This document shows positions 20,919-30,579 of a stretch of 64,000 nt of DNA, in pieces. This DNA is from an uncultured cyanobacterium. GTDB lineage: Bacteria > Cyanobacteriota > Cyanobacteriia > Cyanobacteriales > CAWUOF01. Where the stretch lies: assembly GCA_963744145.1 (NCBI GenBank), contig CAVUSO010000001.1, positions 5,216,001-5,280,000 on the forward strand, written 5' to 3'. Every line of letters starts with the position of its first letter. Position 1 is the stretch's first letter. A model generated the notes under the pieces. That model saw only the letters and a program-made list of their open reading frames with translations. It was not told where the DNA came from and did not search any database. Position numbers and translations under genes: made by a program.

Positions 20919-21815
20919 ATGATGTCTTCTTTTCTACTAGCTGTCTCTACCTGTACCAACGATGAAGCAGTGGACTTAGGCTTTGTCCATTTGGGCTGGT
21001 GGAAGGTGATCTTTTTGGGAATTGTCCAAGGAATTACTGAGCTGTTACCGATTAGTAGTACAGCTCATTTAAGAATTGTACCTGGTTTGTTAGGATGGGA
21101 AGACCCTGGATCGGCGTTTTCAGCCGCGATGCAATTAGCCAGTTTTGTCGCCGTGGTCAGCTATTTTTGGAAAGATATTAGCATTTTGACTGGTGGTACA
21201 ATTAGAGCGATCGCCGAAAAAGATTATGAATCCCAAGATTTTCGGATCGCGATGGGAATTATCGTCGGGACAATTCCGGTGTCGATCGCTGGTCTGTTGT
21301 TGAAAAAAACTTTAAATGCTTGCGGTTCACCCTTAAGAAGTTTAGCGGTAATAGGGATTGCCTCGATCGTGATGTCTTTACTGTTAGCTTTAGCAGAAAA
21401 ACAGGGGGGACGCGATCGCGGTTTTAATCGTCTCACTTTATGGGATGGAGTTTGGGTCGGTATTGCCCAAGCATTTGCTCTGATTCCTGGTGTATCTCGT
21501 TCTGGTTCGACTTTAACTGCTGGACTATTTGTAGGAATGGAGCGGGAAACCGCAGCTAAATTTTCTTTTCTTTTAGGTTTACCTACGATTGTCTTAGCTG
21601 GAGCTTTAGAAATCCATGTTCTGATTAATGCTCATTTGGATCTAGATGGTTGGTTCACCTTATTAATTGGGTTAACTAGTGCTAGCATTTCTGCTTTTGT
21701 CGCTATTTATGGTCTACTCCACTATTTAGAAAAGCGCAGTACCTGGATATTTGTTTGGTATCGTTTAGCGATGGGTGTATTTTTATTAGTGAATTTTGGT
21801 TTTGGGACTAATTAG
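20919..21815 (+). CDS. uppP: Undecaprenyl-diphosphate phosphatase (BacA/UppP)
   Basis: QGITELLPISSTAHL, ALIPGVSRSGST, AAKFSFLL. Confidence 0.95.
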   Translation: MMSSFLLAVSTCTNDEAVDLGFVHLGWWKVIFLGIVQGITELLPISSTAHLRIVPGLLGWEDPGSAFSAAMQLASFVAVVSYFWKDISILTGGTIRAIAEKDYESQDFRIAMGIIVGTIPVSIAGLLLKKTLNACGSPLRSLAVIGIASIVMSLLLALAEKQGGRDRGFNRLTLWDGVWVGIAQAFALIPGVSRSGSTLTAGLFVGMERETAAKFSFLLGLPTIVLAGALEIHVLINAHLDLDGWFTLLIGLTSASISAFVAIYGLLHYLEKRSTWIFVWYRLAMGVFLLVNFGFGTN

Positions 21816-21877
21816 TTAGGGAAATTTGAGCAGAATTGATTTCCCGGAATGCCAGCGATCGCTGTTGATATATCTAA

Positions 21878-21928
21878 ATATAGATGCACCCTGATTTCCC
21901 TGACCATAAGGTTGGGGTATTTTTTTTT
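21878..21928 (+). ncRNA. NsiR1-like small RNA, copy 1
   Basis: TAGATGCACCCTG core, hairpin and U-tract; CCCGGA (DIF1-like) 38 nt upstream of the core. Confidence 0.55.
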
Positions 21929-21965
21929 GGCGTGGCATTTCTAGCTGAATTAGCTCAAACCTTGT

Positions 21966-22046
21966 GCAGCTTTAGCAGCAGAACGTCAACAGACCAAACG
22001 GTTACGCGATCGCGCTAAGGCACTAGGAATTGAGCTAGAAACTTAG
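21966..22046 (+). pseudogene. Remnant of a Uma2-type C-terminal coiled tail
   Basis: Translates AALAAERQQTKRLRDRAKALGIELET* with no N-terminal part. Confidence 0.45.
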
Positions 22047-22397
22047 GCAGAGAAATTAAATCACTAAGAAAGCTCTGCCAATTATTAAAGATGAAATTTT
22101 TTCTAGTTGCTCGCGATCGCGCTTTCTGGGTTAGAGCGAGCAACTTTGATGAAGCGGCGATTAAGTCAGCTTTTGCCGTCGCCGTAATCACGACACTCAT
22201 ACCGGAGAACTTTCAGAACCTAGGGCGAAGCGCCAACAATATTGTCAGGATTTCGTGCTATAGTAGAATCAGAATGGTTACCGGGAGTTTATTTGATGGC
22301 ACTGGATCTCATGCAAACAGCTTTAGCTCAAAGTATACTTCATGGCATTGGAGACTCGTAATACCATCAATTTCGTTACACAGGAGCTACCTCCATC

Positions 22398-22976
22398 ATG
22401 ATCGTAGCCAAAAACAAACCCACAAACTTAACCCCTGAAGAATACTTTACTTGGGAAGAACAGCAACTAGAAAAACACGAACTGATCGACGGTCAAATTT
22501 ACGCCATGACTGGCGGTAGCAAAAATCATAGCCTCATCTCCGTCCGACTCATTACTTTATTCGCTAACCATCTAGTAGGAAGTGGCTGCGAAACAGGTAA
22601 CTCAGACCTGAGAGTTAATATTGCCCAAACTAATAACTATACCTATCCAGATGTCAGCGTCACCTGCGACGATCGCGATCGAACCACAACCCAATATATT
22701 ACATATCCCTGCTTAATTGTTGAAGTGATCTCAAAAAGTACCGAAGCATACGATCGCGGTGGCAAGTTCAGAATGTATCAAAATAATCCAGTCTTAAAAG
22801 ATTACCTATTGGTTAGTTCCACTGCGATCGAAATGGATTTGTATCACAAAAATGATGCAGGACAATGGATGATTATTAACTATGGAGAAAGCGACAGGAT
22901 TGAACTAAAAAGCATCAATCTCAGTTTCGCCATTGAACAAGTTTATCGGGGTCTAAACCTTACCCCAGAATCTTAA
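22398..22976 (+). CDS. Uma2 family PD-(D/E)XK endonuclease-like protein
   Basis: HELIDGQIYAMTGG, YTYPDVSV, LIVEVISKST, YDRGGKF. Confidence 0.9.
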   Translation: MIVAKNKPTNLTPEEYFTWEEQQLEKHELIDGQIYAMTGGSKNHSLISVRLITLFANHLVGSGCETGNSDLRVNIAQTNNYTYPDVSVTCDDRDRTTTQYITYPCLIVEVISKSTEAYDRGGKFRMYQNNPVLKDYLLVSSTAIEMDLYHKNDAGQWMIINYGESDRIELKSINLSFAIEQVYRGLNLTPES

Positions 22977-23214
22977 TCGATGCAATTATTTCTAGTTCCT
23001 GTAATATGGTGCGGGTCCGAAAAATCAATACGCATCCAGCATGACAAAAAAACTCTCATTCAATTTCTGGGTGACTTGTCCTCGACCTAACCTCCAGGTA
23101 AAAGCAGGTTGATCTTCGGTGCTATCTGTGACTGTTGGGTCCCTAGCTGCTCTTCACTGCTCACGAATAGAATTTCTTTTCCGAAATGAAGGCGATCGCT
23201 TCTGATGTATCTAA

Positions 23215-23266
23215 AAGTAGATGTACCCTGATTTCCCTAACCCCCACGGTTAGGGTATTTTTTTTT
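23215..23266 (+). ncRNA. NsiR1-like small RNA, copy 2
   Basis: TAGATGTACCCTG core, hairpin ccctaacc/ggttaggg and U-tract; TCCGAA 38 nt upstream. Confidence 0.55.
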
Positions 23267-23309
23267 CAATGATGGGTGTTACCCCTGAATGGTGATATAC
23301 TTCAATTGT

Positions 23310-23358
23310 TGAGTAGATGCACCCTAATGGTTCGATGTCCAGTAAATGGGCGTTTTTT
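23310..23358 (+). ncRNA. NsiR1-like small RNA, copy 3 (divergent)
   Basis: GTAGATGCACCCT core, hairpin gatgtcca/tgggcgtt and U-tract; TATACT upstream. Confidence 0.45.
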
Positions 23359-23386
23359 CTATGGCTTAACTCTGGTTAAATAATTT

Positions 23387-23608
23387 TTAGGGTAATTCCA
23401 CTAATTTAGTTTTGGAAGATAATCCAGATTTAATCCTAATTTCTGACTTAGGTACATCAAACCTTTTCGCCAAAATTTTAATTAATTCTGCATTTGCTTT
23501 ACCATCGACTGGGGGAGATTGCAAATGTACCGTGAGACTACCATCTGCTTCTTCGATCAGATTGGGAACTTTAGAATTTGGTTTAACTTTGATTTTTAAA
23601 ATTGTCAT
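23387..23608 (-). CDS. DUF167 (YggU/UPF0235) family protein
   Basis: [27 protein letters not shown]. Confidence 0.85.
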   Translation of the reverse strand: MTILKIKVKPNSKVPNLIEEADGSLTVHLQSPPVDGKANAELIKILAKRFDVPKSEIRIKSGLSSKTKLVELP

Positions 23609-23676
23609 TTTCTGATTTGGTTAGTTTCTTGACGTAGTAGAGTGACCTAACCCCCCCAACCCCCTTCCCTTGTAGG

Positions 23677-25394
23677 CTATCCATTAGTCACATCTTTCTT
23701 AACAATCCTGAAACTATTACCCCGTAACGGTTTCAGGATTAATAGTAATTAAGCTACTTGACAAAATGATCCAGAATATGATCTGGTAACGAGTTGGAGA
23801 GTAATAACTATACACCAGCCAATTTAAGTACATAATTTCCAGGTAGCTGCAATATCATGTAATCTTCTTAATCCTCTCCAAATCGTTTTTACTCCCGGTT
23901 CACCATCACCTTTTCGACCTAAAAATCCCCCCAACATCGCGATCATACGGACGGCTTCTTGTAAAGAAGGTGGAGTTTTTGGAGGGATAGGATTTTTAGT
24001 AATAGTCGCACATAAAGATTGCCATTCATGAGTTTCTAAAACCTCAGCACTCGATGCCATTGGATTCGTTCTAGCCGAATATGTAAGCCATAATAAACGC
24101 CAACTTACAATCGTATAAGTCGCTAAGGCCATTTCGATTCTTCGCACGGTTTCTAGTTGTAATTTCTCAATTCCACACCCACTTTTTAGAGTGTAATGAT
24201 AGCGTTCTATTAACCAACGGTATGTATACCATTCTACACATTGGACTGCCGCTGCTAAGTCATTAACTTCCAGACTGGTAATTAACAACCAACTAATCGG
24301 TTTAACTCCGGGTTCTGGGTTTTCTTCTAATGCTAGAATTACTTGTAATTTGACTGGTTGGAGTTGCTTTCGCCCGATATGGTGTGCTGGAACTTGAATC
24401 TCTAAAGTGGCGAATCGTACTGTCAGAACGGCAGTTCTAGCTTGATGTGTCGGATTTCTTTTGACTTCTATACTTAATTCTCCTGCTGCGGGAGTTTGAC
24501 GGATCGCTTGATGTAAATATTGGGCAGAATGGTCTACTTTCCGATTATGAGTACCGCGAATTAGTAAATGGGAATTGGCGGCACGAGGCTGGCTAAATAG
24601 CTCAAATATGTCAGCTTCTGAATCCGCCACGGTTACTACTTGAATATCACTTGGGATTAAATTTTCTGTAACTTTTAATCCTGCCAACCAGCGGTGGCTT
24701 TCCTTTTCTTTAATTTCTCTTTCCCGCCGTTTTTTGGCTATCCCCAAATTCGCCAGCTCTCTAGTCCATACCTGTTGCTCAATTATCCCTAATGGTACTC
24801 CTGAAGTGGTTACAGCTAGCGTTGAATGTACTTTTATTCCGGCTGATTTTCGGTGATCTAAATAACCAATCCCTCTCGTGCTAGGATGATTGGTTAAATC
24901 GATATTTGTGGTATCTTGTATTGCTAATACTGTCTGATGCGCTTTAATTCTTTCGATCGTGCTGGCTGTATGTGCCTGTCGGATATCTGATGGCTGAAAA
25001 TAGGGCGACTTCCACAAGTCATAAGCCGCACTAGTAGCTGCACTATTGCCACAAGCTTGTGGGACGCTGCTGGTTGGTTGTGCGGCTAAATCTTCCACCA
25101 ACCGAATTAATCGCTTGTTTCTCCTCGCATCTCCCAAGTCTACTGTGGCTAATTCTTGCTCTGCCCACTTTTCCATTTTTTCCTTCCACCTTACTTCTTC
25201 TTTTCCTCTCTATACTATACTCATCAAGACTTTTCTTCTGAGCGACCACTGCTGTATAGCTCACTCCTAGTCCGCCCGCAGCTCTCAATTGCATATTCTG
25301 TGCAATTAGTCAACTCCACCTGCGGCCATGAATCCTGAAACCGTTACTAGGTAATAGTTTCAGGATTGTTAAGAAAGATGTGACTAATGGATAG
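23677..25394 (-). mobile_element. IS4-family (IS50/Tn5-like) insertion sequence
   Basis: 64-bp terminal inverted repeats (62/64 identical) starting CTATCCATTAGTCAC; 10-bp target duplication CCCTTGTAGG at 23667-23676 and 25395-25404. Confidence 0.92.
23824..25176 (-). CDS. IS4 family transposase
   Basis: WAEQEL..LGDARR, IQDTT, VADSEAD, YTYRWLIERYHYTLKSGC (YREK), LGGFLGRKGDGEPG. Confidence 0.93.
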   Translation of the reverse strand: MEKWAEQELATVDLGDARRNKRLIRLVEDLAAQPTSSVPQACGNSAATSAAYDLWKSPYFQPSDIRQAHTASTIERIKAHQTVLAIQDTTNIDLTNHPSTRGIGYLDHRKSAGIKVHSTLAVTTSGVPLGIIEQQVWTRELANLGIAKKRREREIKEKESHRWLAGLKVTENLIPSDIQVVTVADSEADIFELFSQPRAANSHLLIRGTHNRKVDHSAQYLHQAIRQTPAAGELSIEVKRNPTHQARTAVLTVRFATLEIQVPAHHIGRKQLQPVKLQVILALEENPEPGVKPISWLLITSLEVNDLAAAVQCVEWYTYRWLIERYHYTLKSGCGIEKLQLETVRRIEMALATYTIVSWRLLWLTYSARTNPMASSAEVLETHEWQSLCATITKNPIPPKTPPSLQEAVRMIAMLGGFLGRKGDGEPGVKTIWRGLRRLHDIAATWKLCT

Positions 25395-25533
25395 CCCTTG
25401 TAGGGAAGGGGGAGTAATTAAGAGGATTAAATTATGGGAGATTGATCGGATTTATTCTGCTCCCCTTTCCTCCTAGGAGAGGGGTTGGGGGAGAGGTCTT
25501 TCCGAAACTTTCTGATCCTAAAAATATCCGGGA

Positions 25534-26202
25534 TTACTCAAATAGTAAACTAGGTGATGTCAAAACAAATACATCTCTAGTTCCTTCGGCTTCAAGTATT
25601 GGTTTAATGGGAGTAGTAAAGTGAAAATAATCATGGTCATTAACTAGCAGTAGTTCCCCAGGATGGAGAACCTTTTGAAAAACTGGTTTTTCCTTTTTAC
25701 CGATATAAAGATGTGTTTCCCCTCCTTGAATATTTTCCCGATCGACTGCAAAAATTCCAATAAAATCACATCCATCTTGGTGGATACCTTCTGGAGCTGG
25801 GTTACCAAAATTTTTCGGTGAACAAGTAGTCCTAATCTGATGAACTCCAATTTCTACTTCGGGAGCTAGTTTACAGTAATTACTAAATTCTAAAACCAGT
25901 TTTTTAAATTCATTCATTTGGGTCATTTTTTCATCTATTTCAGCAAAATCCCGTTTAATATCCCCCATGAGCGGATTATAACTTTTAGGTTGAAATAAAT
26001 AACCATGGGGGAGTTTGATTAACTCATCCTTAACGATTTTAAATCTTGACAATCTGCGCGATCGGTAATTCCCCTTTATATATGGATCAATGGGAAGATC
26101 CGTAAAAAAAGCTTTTAATTCTTGGAGCTTAATTGAGTCAACTCTTTCTAATGCAAAGCTGATTCCATAAGCTATTTCCAGCGATCCCCATAATGTTTGC
26201 AT
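25534..26202 (-). CDS. 2OG-Fe(II) dioxygenase, PF10014/IDO-like free amino acid hydroxylase family
   Basis: YRSRR, PAPEGIHQDG, HFTTPI, RDVFV. Confidence 0.75.
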   Translation of the reverse strand: MQTLWGSLEIAYGISFALERVDSIKLQELKAFFTDLPIDPYIKGNYRSRRLSRFKIVKDELIKLPHGYLFQPKSYNPLMGDIKRDFAEIDEKMTQMNEFKKLVLEFSNYCKLAPEVEIGVHQIRTTCSPKNFGNPAPEGIHQDGCDFIGIFAVDRENIQGGETHLYIGKKEKPVFQKVLHPGELLLVNDHDYFHFTTPIKPILEAEGTRDVFVLTSPSLLFE

Positions 26203-26395
26203 GGTTTTTTATGCCTCTAAGCTCGATCCCCTTTTTCAATTTATCCTGAATAGGGGTGATATTTTTAAGTATATAACAATAATTTTAAAGATATTGCTAC
26301 TTAAAATACAAAAGTTGCAAAGGTATGGTAAAGAAAGCGGAATGTCAGTATATACTCACAGACCGCTGATGATAATTTTGGGGGACAAAGAAAAA

Positions 26396-27157
26396 TTAAC
26401 CCTTAATCGCTTTAACTAAACCTTGACAAGCACGGAGAAAAATTGCGACATCGATCCCGATCGCCAGATATTGGACACCAGCATCAATCCATTGTTGTGC
26501 GATCGCTGGGTGATCAGCAAAAGTACCAGCAATTTTGCCAGCTTTACGGATAGTATTGATCGATTGTTGCATCAATTCAATTACCCGAGGATCGCGGACC
26601 TGTCCAGGAATACCTAAAGATTGGGATAGGTCATAAGGACCGAGAAAAATTACATCAACGGAAGAGACATTAACAATTTCTGGGATATTTTTGACTCCGC
26701 GATCGCCCTCAATTTGAACGATCACTAAAGATTCCTGATTTAATTGATCAGTAATTTGGTTTCCTGCTGAGGTATAAAGTCCAGCACGAGTTCCAAAGGA
26801 AAGACCCCTGGTTCCCAAAGGACTATATTTAGCACTACGCACGACAATTTCTGCATCATCTCGAGTTTCAATTTGGGGTACTTGGACCCCAGCACTACCA
26901 ATATCAAGAGCGCGTTGGATTTGGATTGGATCATTTTTACCAACTCGGATAATGGGTGCTAAATTGGTACAATCAGCCGCACGACATAGATCCTCTGCTG
27001 CAAGGATATTTAATGGACTATGTTCGAGATCAATCACAGCAAAATCAAATCCAGCATATCCACAGATTTCCATAAAACCTGGGTAAGCGCAATTGGTAAA
27101 CAAACCAAGCACTACTTCACCCTGTTGCAATTTTCGCTTCAATTTATTTTCACGCAT
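26396..27157 (-). CDS. HpcH/HpaI class II pyruvate aldolase
   Basis: GFDFAVIDLEH, RALDIG, QIE, FLGPYDLSQSLG. Confidence 0.88.
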   Translation of the reverse strand: MRENKLKRKLQQGEVVLGLFTNCAYPGFMEICGYAGFDFAVIDLEHSPLNILAAEDLCRAADCTNLAPIIRVGKNDPIQIQRALDIGSAGVQVPQIETRDDAEIVVRSAKYSPLGTRGLSFGTRAGLYTSAGNQITDQLNQESLVIVQIEGDRGVKNIPEIVNVSSVDVIFLGPYDLSQSLGIPGQVRDPRVIELMQQSINTIRKAGKIAGTFADHPAIAQQWIDAGVQYLAIGIDVAIFLRACQGLVKAIKG

Positions 27158-27206
27158 TAAATTTCTGATCTATTGGTTGGGTAACTAGCAGTTTTTTTGC
27201 AGAGTA

Positions 27207-27377
27207 ATACCAATTTAATGTAAAGTTGCACAGAGTTCGATCCCCCTAAATCCCCCTTAAAAAGGGGGACTTTAAATTCTGGCTCCCCCTTTTTAAGGGG
27301 GACTTTAAATTCTGGCTCCCCCTTTTTAAGGGGGTTGGGGGGATCGGATTATATGCAGATTCATCAAAAATTGGTAT
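27207..27377. repeat. MITE/REP-like element with internal tandem duplication
   Basis: Terminal ataccaattt/aaattggtat; ccccct-taaaa-aggggg hairpins; duplicated aagggggactttaaattctggctccccctttt. Confidence 0.65.
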
Positions 27378-27577
27378 AAGTCAACTATGTGATTTTTGTC
27401 CCCAAAACCTGCAAAAATTCGACTAACTATGATGGATGGGCATTGACAATAGCGCCATGCTCAAATTAAACTAATATGCTTAAATAACTCGCTCACCAAT
27501 TTTACCATGAACATTTTGACCGTTTCAACATGGTAGTTTTTTAGCAATAACCAAAACCTTCAACAATTTTTACTGAT

Positions 27578-28804
27578 ATGGCTATTCAAGGTGTCGATGT
27601 TTCTTTTTATCAAGGTGATGTTGATTGGCAAGCTGTTGCTAATGATGGTATTGTATTTGCTTTTGCTAAAGCAACTGAAGGTGATTATTTGGTCGATAGC
27701 AAATTTACCAGTTATTGGACTGGGATGAGAGCAGCAGGAATTATTCGTGGTGCTTATCACTTTTTTCGACCTAGTATTGACCCTCAAGTACAAGCCAATT
27801 TTTTTATCCAAACGATCAATAAACTGGAGTCTGATGATTTACCTCCTGTTTGTGATATAGAAGTTACTAGCGGTGTTGATACCAATACCATTGTTGACCG
27901 ATTATCCCAATGGTTAAATGCTGTCGAAAAAGGTTTAGGACGAAAACCAATTATTTATACTGCTCCTAACTTCTGGCAATCTGATTTAGGAGATATTCAA
28001 CTTTTTTCTGATTATCCGTTATGGATTGCTCATTACGATACTAATGATCCGATCGTCCCTGGTGCTTGGAGTACCTGGATTTTTCATCAATATTCGGAAT
28101 CAGGTACAGTTCAGGGAATAGATGGTAATGCGGATCTGGACCGCTTTGAAAGTTTTAGACAGGGAATATCAGGTGAATATATCAAAGATTTTCAAAAATT
28201 GTTACAAGCTAAAGGGTTTTATGCAGGAGCGATCGATGGTAATTTTGGCTCAGTGATGAATACAGCAGTAATTGCTTTTCAGCAAGCTGTAGGACTTGAT
28301 GCTGATGGAGTTATTGGTTTAAGAACTTGGAATGCGTTAACTGGTTCTGTGAAAGCAACACCGACCCCTAAACCACCAACACCAACACCAACACCGACCC
28401 CTAAACCACCAACACCAACACCAACACCGACCCCTAAACCACCAACACCAACACCAACACCGACCCCTAAACCACCAACACCAACACCAACACCGACCCC
28501 TAAACCACCAACACCAACACCAACTTCAGCAGTTAGTTTAATCAATGTCTGTAAATTTTACAGTGCTTTACCTCATCAAGACCAAGCTTTACAATGGTTA
28601 CAAGGACAAATTCCCAAAGCAACTCTAGATGAATTTGGTCGTCGTTGGCGCAATTTAACTTCCCCCAAACCTCCAACGATCAGTTTGCTTGAGGTCGGTA
28701 AATATTACCAAAGTCTAGCGAATCAAGACCTTTCTTTGCAATGGTTACAAGGACAAATTCCTAAAGCAACTTTAGATGAATTTTCCCAGCGTTGGAAAAG
28801 TTAA
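27578..28804 (+). CDS. GH25 muramidase with peptidoglycan-binding domain, Pro/Thr linker and two C-terminal repeats
   Basis: GVDVSFYQ, KATEG, GAYHFF, DIE, ADLD; PG_binding_1 (IDGNFG..AVIAFQ...LDADGVIG..TW); duplicated QDxxLQWLQGQIPKATLDEF. Confidence 0.9.
   Translation: MAIQGVDVSFYQGDVDWQAVANDGIVFAFAKATEGDYLVDSKFTSYWTGMRAAGIIRGAYHFFRPSIDPQVQANFFIQTINKLESDDLPPVCDIEVTSGVDTNTIVDRLSQWLNAVEKGLGRKPIIYTAPNFWQSDLGDIQLFSDYPLWIAHYDTNDPIVPGAWSTWIFHQYSESGTVQGIDGNADLDRFESFRQGISGEYIKDFQKLLQAKGFYAGAIDGNFGSVMNTAVIAFQQAVGLDADGVIGLRTWNALTGSVKATPTPKPPTPTPTPTPKPPTPTPTPTPKPPTPTPTPTPKPPTPTPTPTPKPPTPTPTSAVSLINVCKFYSALPHQDQALQWLQGQIPKATLDEFGRRWRNLTSPKPPTISLLEVGKYYQSLANQDLSLQWLQGQIPKATLDEFSQRWKS
28361..28525 (+). 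repeat. 5 x 33-bp in-frame repeat (PTPKPPTPTPT)
   Basis: Unit ccgacccctaaaccaccaacaccaacaccaaca. Confidence 0.9.
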
Positions 28805-28870
28805 TTAAAGTTGAGCTATTGTGGCGGATTTTTGTAATTAATTCCAATCTATAAAATACCCGAAGTTTTC

Positions 28871-29824
28871 ATGTATAATCCTTTACCGCAACCCCATACC
28901 TATGGCATTATTGGTACAGGTGCTATTGGTGGTTTTTATGGTGCAAAATTACAACAATCTGGACAAGAAGTGCATTTTCTGTTGCACCGTGACTATGATT
29001 ATGTTTGTCAGCATGGCTTAGTCATTAAATCTATTGATGGAGATTTTACTCTTTCCCAGGTAAATGCTTATCATGATGTCACGAAAATGCCTAAATGTGA
29101 TGTGGTAATTGTTGCATTGAAAACCACCCAAAATCACTTATTACCTGAGTTATTAGGGAAGATTCTTAAAGATAATGGAGTAGTAATTTTATTTCAAAAT
29201 GGATTAGGGAGTGAAATCGAAGTTGCCAAAATTGTTGGTGCCGATCGGGTAATGGGATGTGTTTGTATCATCTGTTCTGATAAAGTTAGTCCTGGAACCA
29301 TTAATCATACAGATTTTAGTAATATTATCCTAGCTGAATATGGAGTTAACTATCAAGTCGGTGGTATTAGTAAAAGAATGCAGCAAATTGCTGAAGATAT
29401 GAATCAGGCTGGAATTAAAACTGAATTGATGGCAGATTTATTATTGGTAAGATGGCAAAAATTAGTCTGGAATATTCCTTTTAATGGTCTTTCTGTAGTT
29501 TTAAATGCGACCACAGAGGAAATGATTAGTCATCCTGAAATTAAGTCTTTAGCTGAAGATTTAATGTTAGAAGTAGCGCTGGGAGCTAAAAGCTGCGATC
29601 GGGTTATTTCTAATGATTTTATTGCTGGAATGATTGAGCATACCATCAAAATGAAACCTTATTTACCTAGTATGAAAATTGATTACGATCGCCAACGGGC
29701 TTTAGAAATAGAGTCAATTTTTGGATATCCGTTAAATCTCGCCAGAGCGCATGGTGTAGAGTTACCAAAAATTGCCATGCTTGATCAACAATTACAATTT
29801 TTAGACCGAAAAAATCGTCAGTAA
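28871..29824 (+). CDS. panE: 2-dehydropantoate 2-reductase family (PanE/ApbA)
   Basis: GTGAIG, FQNGLG, WQKLVWNIPFNG, PSMKID, LEIESI. Confidence 0.8.
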   Translation: MYNPLPQPHTYGIIGTGAIGGFYGAKLQQSGQEVHFLLHRDYDYVCQHGLVIKSIDGDFTLSQVNAYHDVTKMPKCDVVIVALKTTQNHLLPELLGKILKDNGVVILFQNGLGSEIEVAKIVGADRVMGCVCIICSDKVSPGTINHTDFSNIILAEYGVNYQVGGISKRMQQIAEDMNQAGIKTELMADLLLVRWQKLVWNIPFNGLSVVLNATTEEMISHPEIKSLAEDLMLEVALGAKSCDRVISNDFIAGMIEHTIKMKPYLPSMKIDYDRQRALEIESIFGYPLNLARAHGVELPKIAMLDQQLQFLDRKNRQ

Positions 29825-29937
29825 AATCTAACAATAAGTTTGTAGTAGGGACTTTAGTCCCATAATGATTAATAATTGAGGACTAAAGCAATTACCACGA
29901 ACAGCCATTTTTTACTTTTGTAATATCTCTCATAAGG

Positions 29938-30522
29938 CAATACAGTTCAGTTAACCGTAGGTTGCATAGATGGCGAGGGCAAAGCATTTCGGTCATATTA
30001 TCCTTCGCTTAAGCAATCATTTATGCGCCGAAATGCTTTGCCCCTACAAGTAACTGAACTGGATTGGTATTTAATCAGCGATCGCTTGCCGATCAATCAG
30101 ATGTAGGGGCGAAGCATTCGGGCGACAATTGAACAATCAAACTTTACCCTGAGCGTAGTCGAAGGGCAGCAATATTAGATCCGAATGCTTCGCCCTTCTT
30201 CTGCTTCTGCGCCAAGCTCCCAAAAAATTCTTAACTGAATGGATTTTAAGAGCTAGTTGATCTGTAGGTTGCATCGATGGCGAGGGCAAAGCATTTCGGT
30301 AATATTATACTTCGTTTCAGCAATCATTTATTCGCCGAAATGCTTTGCCCCTACAAGTAACTGAACTGGATTGGTATTTAATCAGCGATCGCTTGCAGAT
30401 CAATCGGGTGTAGGGGCGAAGCATTCGGGCGACAATTTATAGTTCAAAACCGTTAATATTATATCCGAATGCTTCGCCCTGCTTCGCCGATATCCTCAAA
30501 ATACCTTAACTGAACCATATTG
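29938..30522. mobile_element. Composite MITE carrying duplicated REP-like hairpins
   Basis: TIRs CAATACAGTTCAGTTAA / TTAACTGAACCATATTG; 10-bp target duplication TCTCATAAGG (29928-29937, 30523-30532); internal ~170-bp direct duplication. Confidence 0.85.
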
Positions 30523-30579
30523 TCTCATAAGGTTGAAAAAAATGCTATTAAATGTTTAATTTAGTAGGAAGGAAAAATC

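Noticed and set aside
22015..22438. ORFs 22015-22200 and 22091-22438
   Set aside because: No recognisable motifs; they lie in a degraded intergenic region
21849..23288. Short in-frame ATG ORFs (about 31-33 aa) within the two ~100-bp repeats, as type I toxin candidates
   Set aside because: An indel shifts the frame between copies while the hairpin and U-tract are kept, which favours an RNA element
28279..28545. Gly/Val repeat ORF on the minus strand
   Set aside because: Antisense of the Pro/Thr linker
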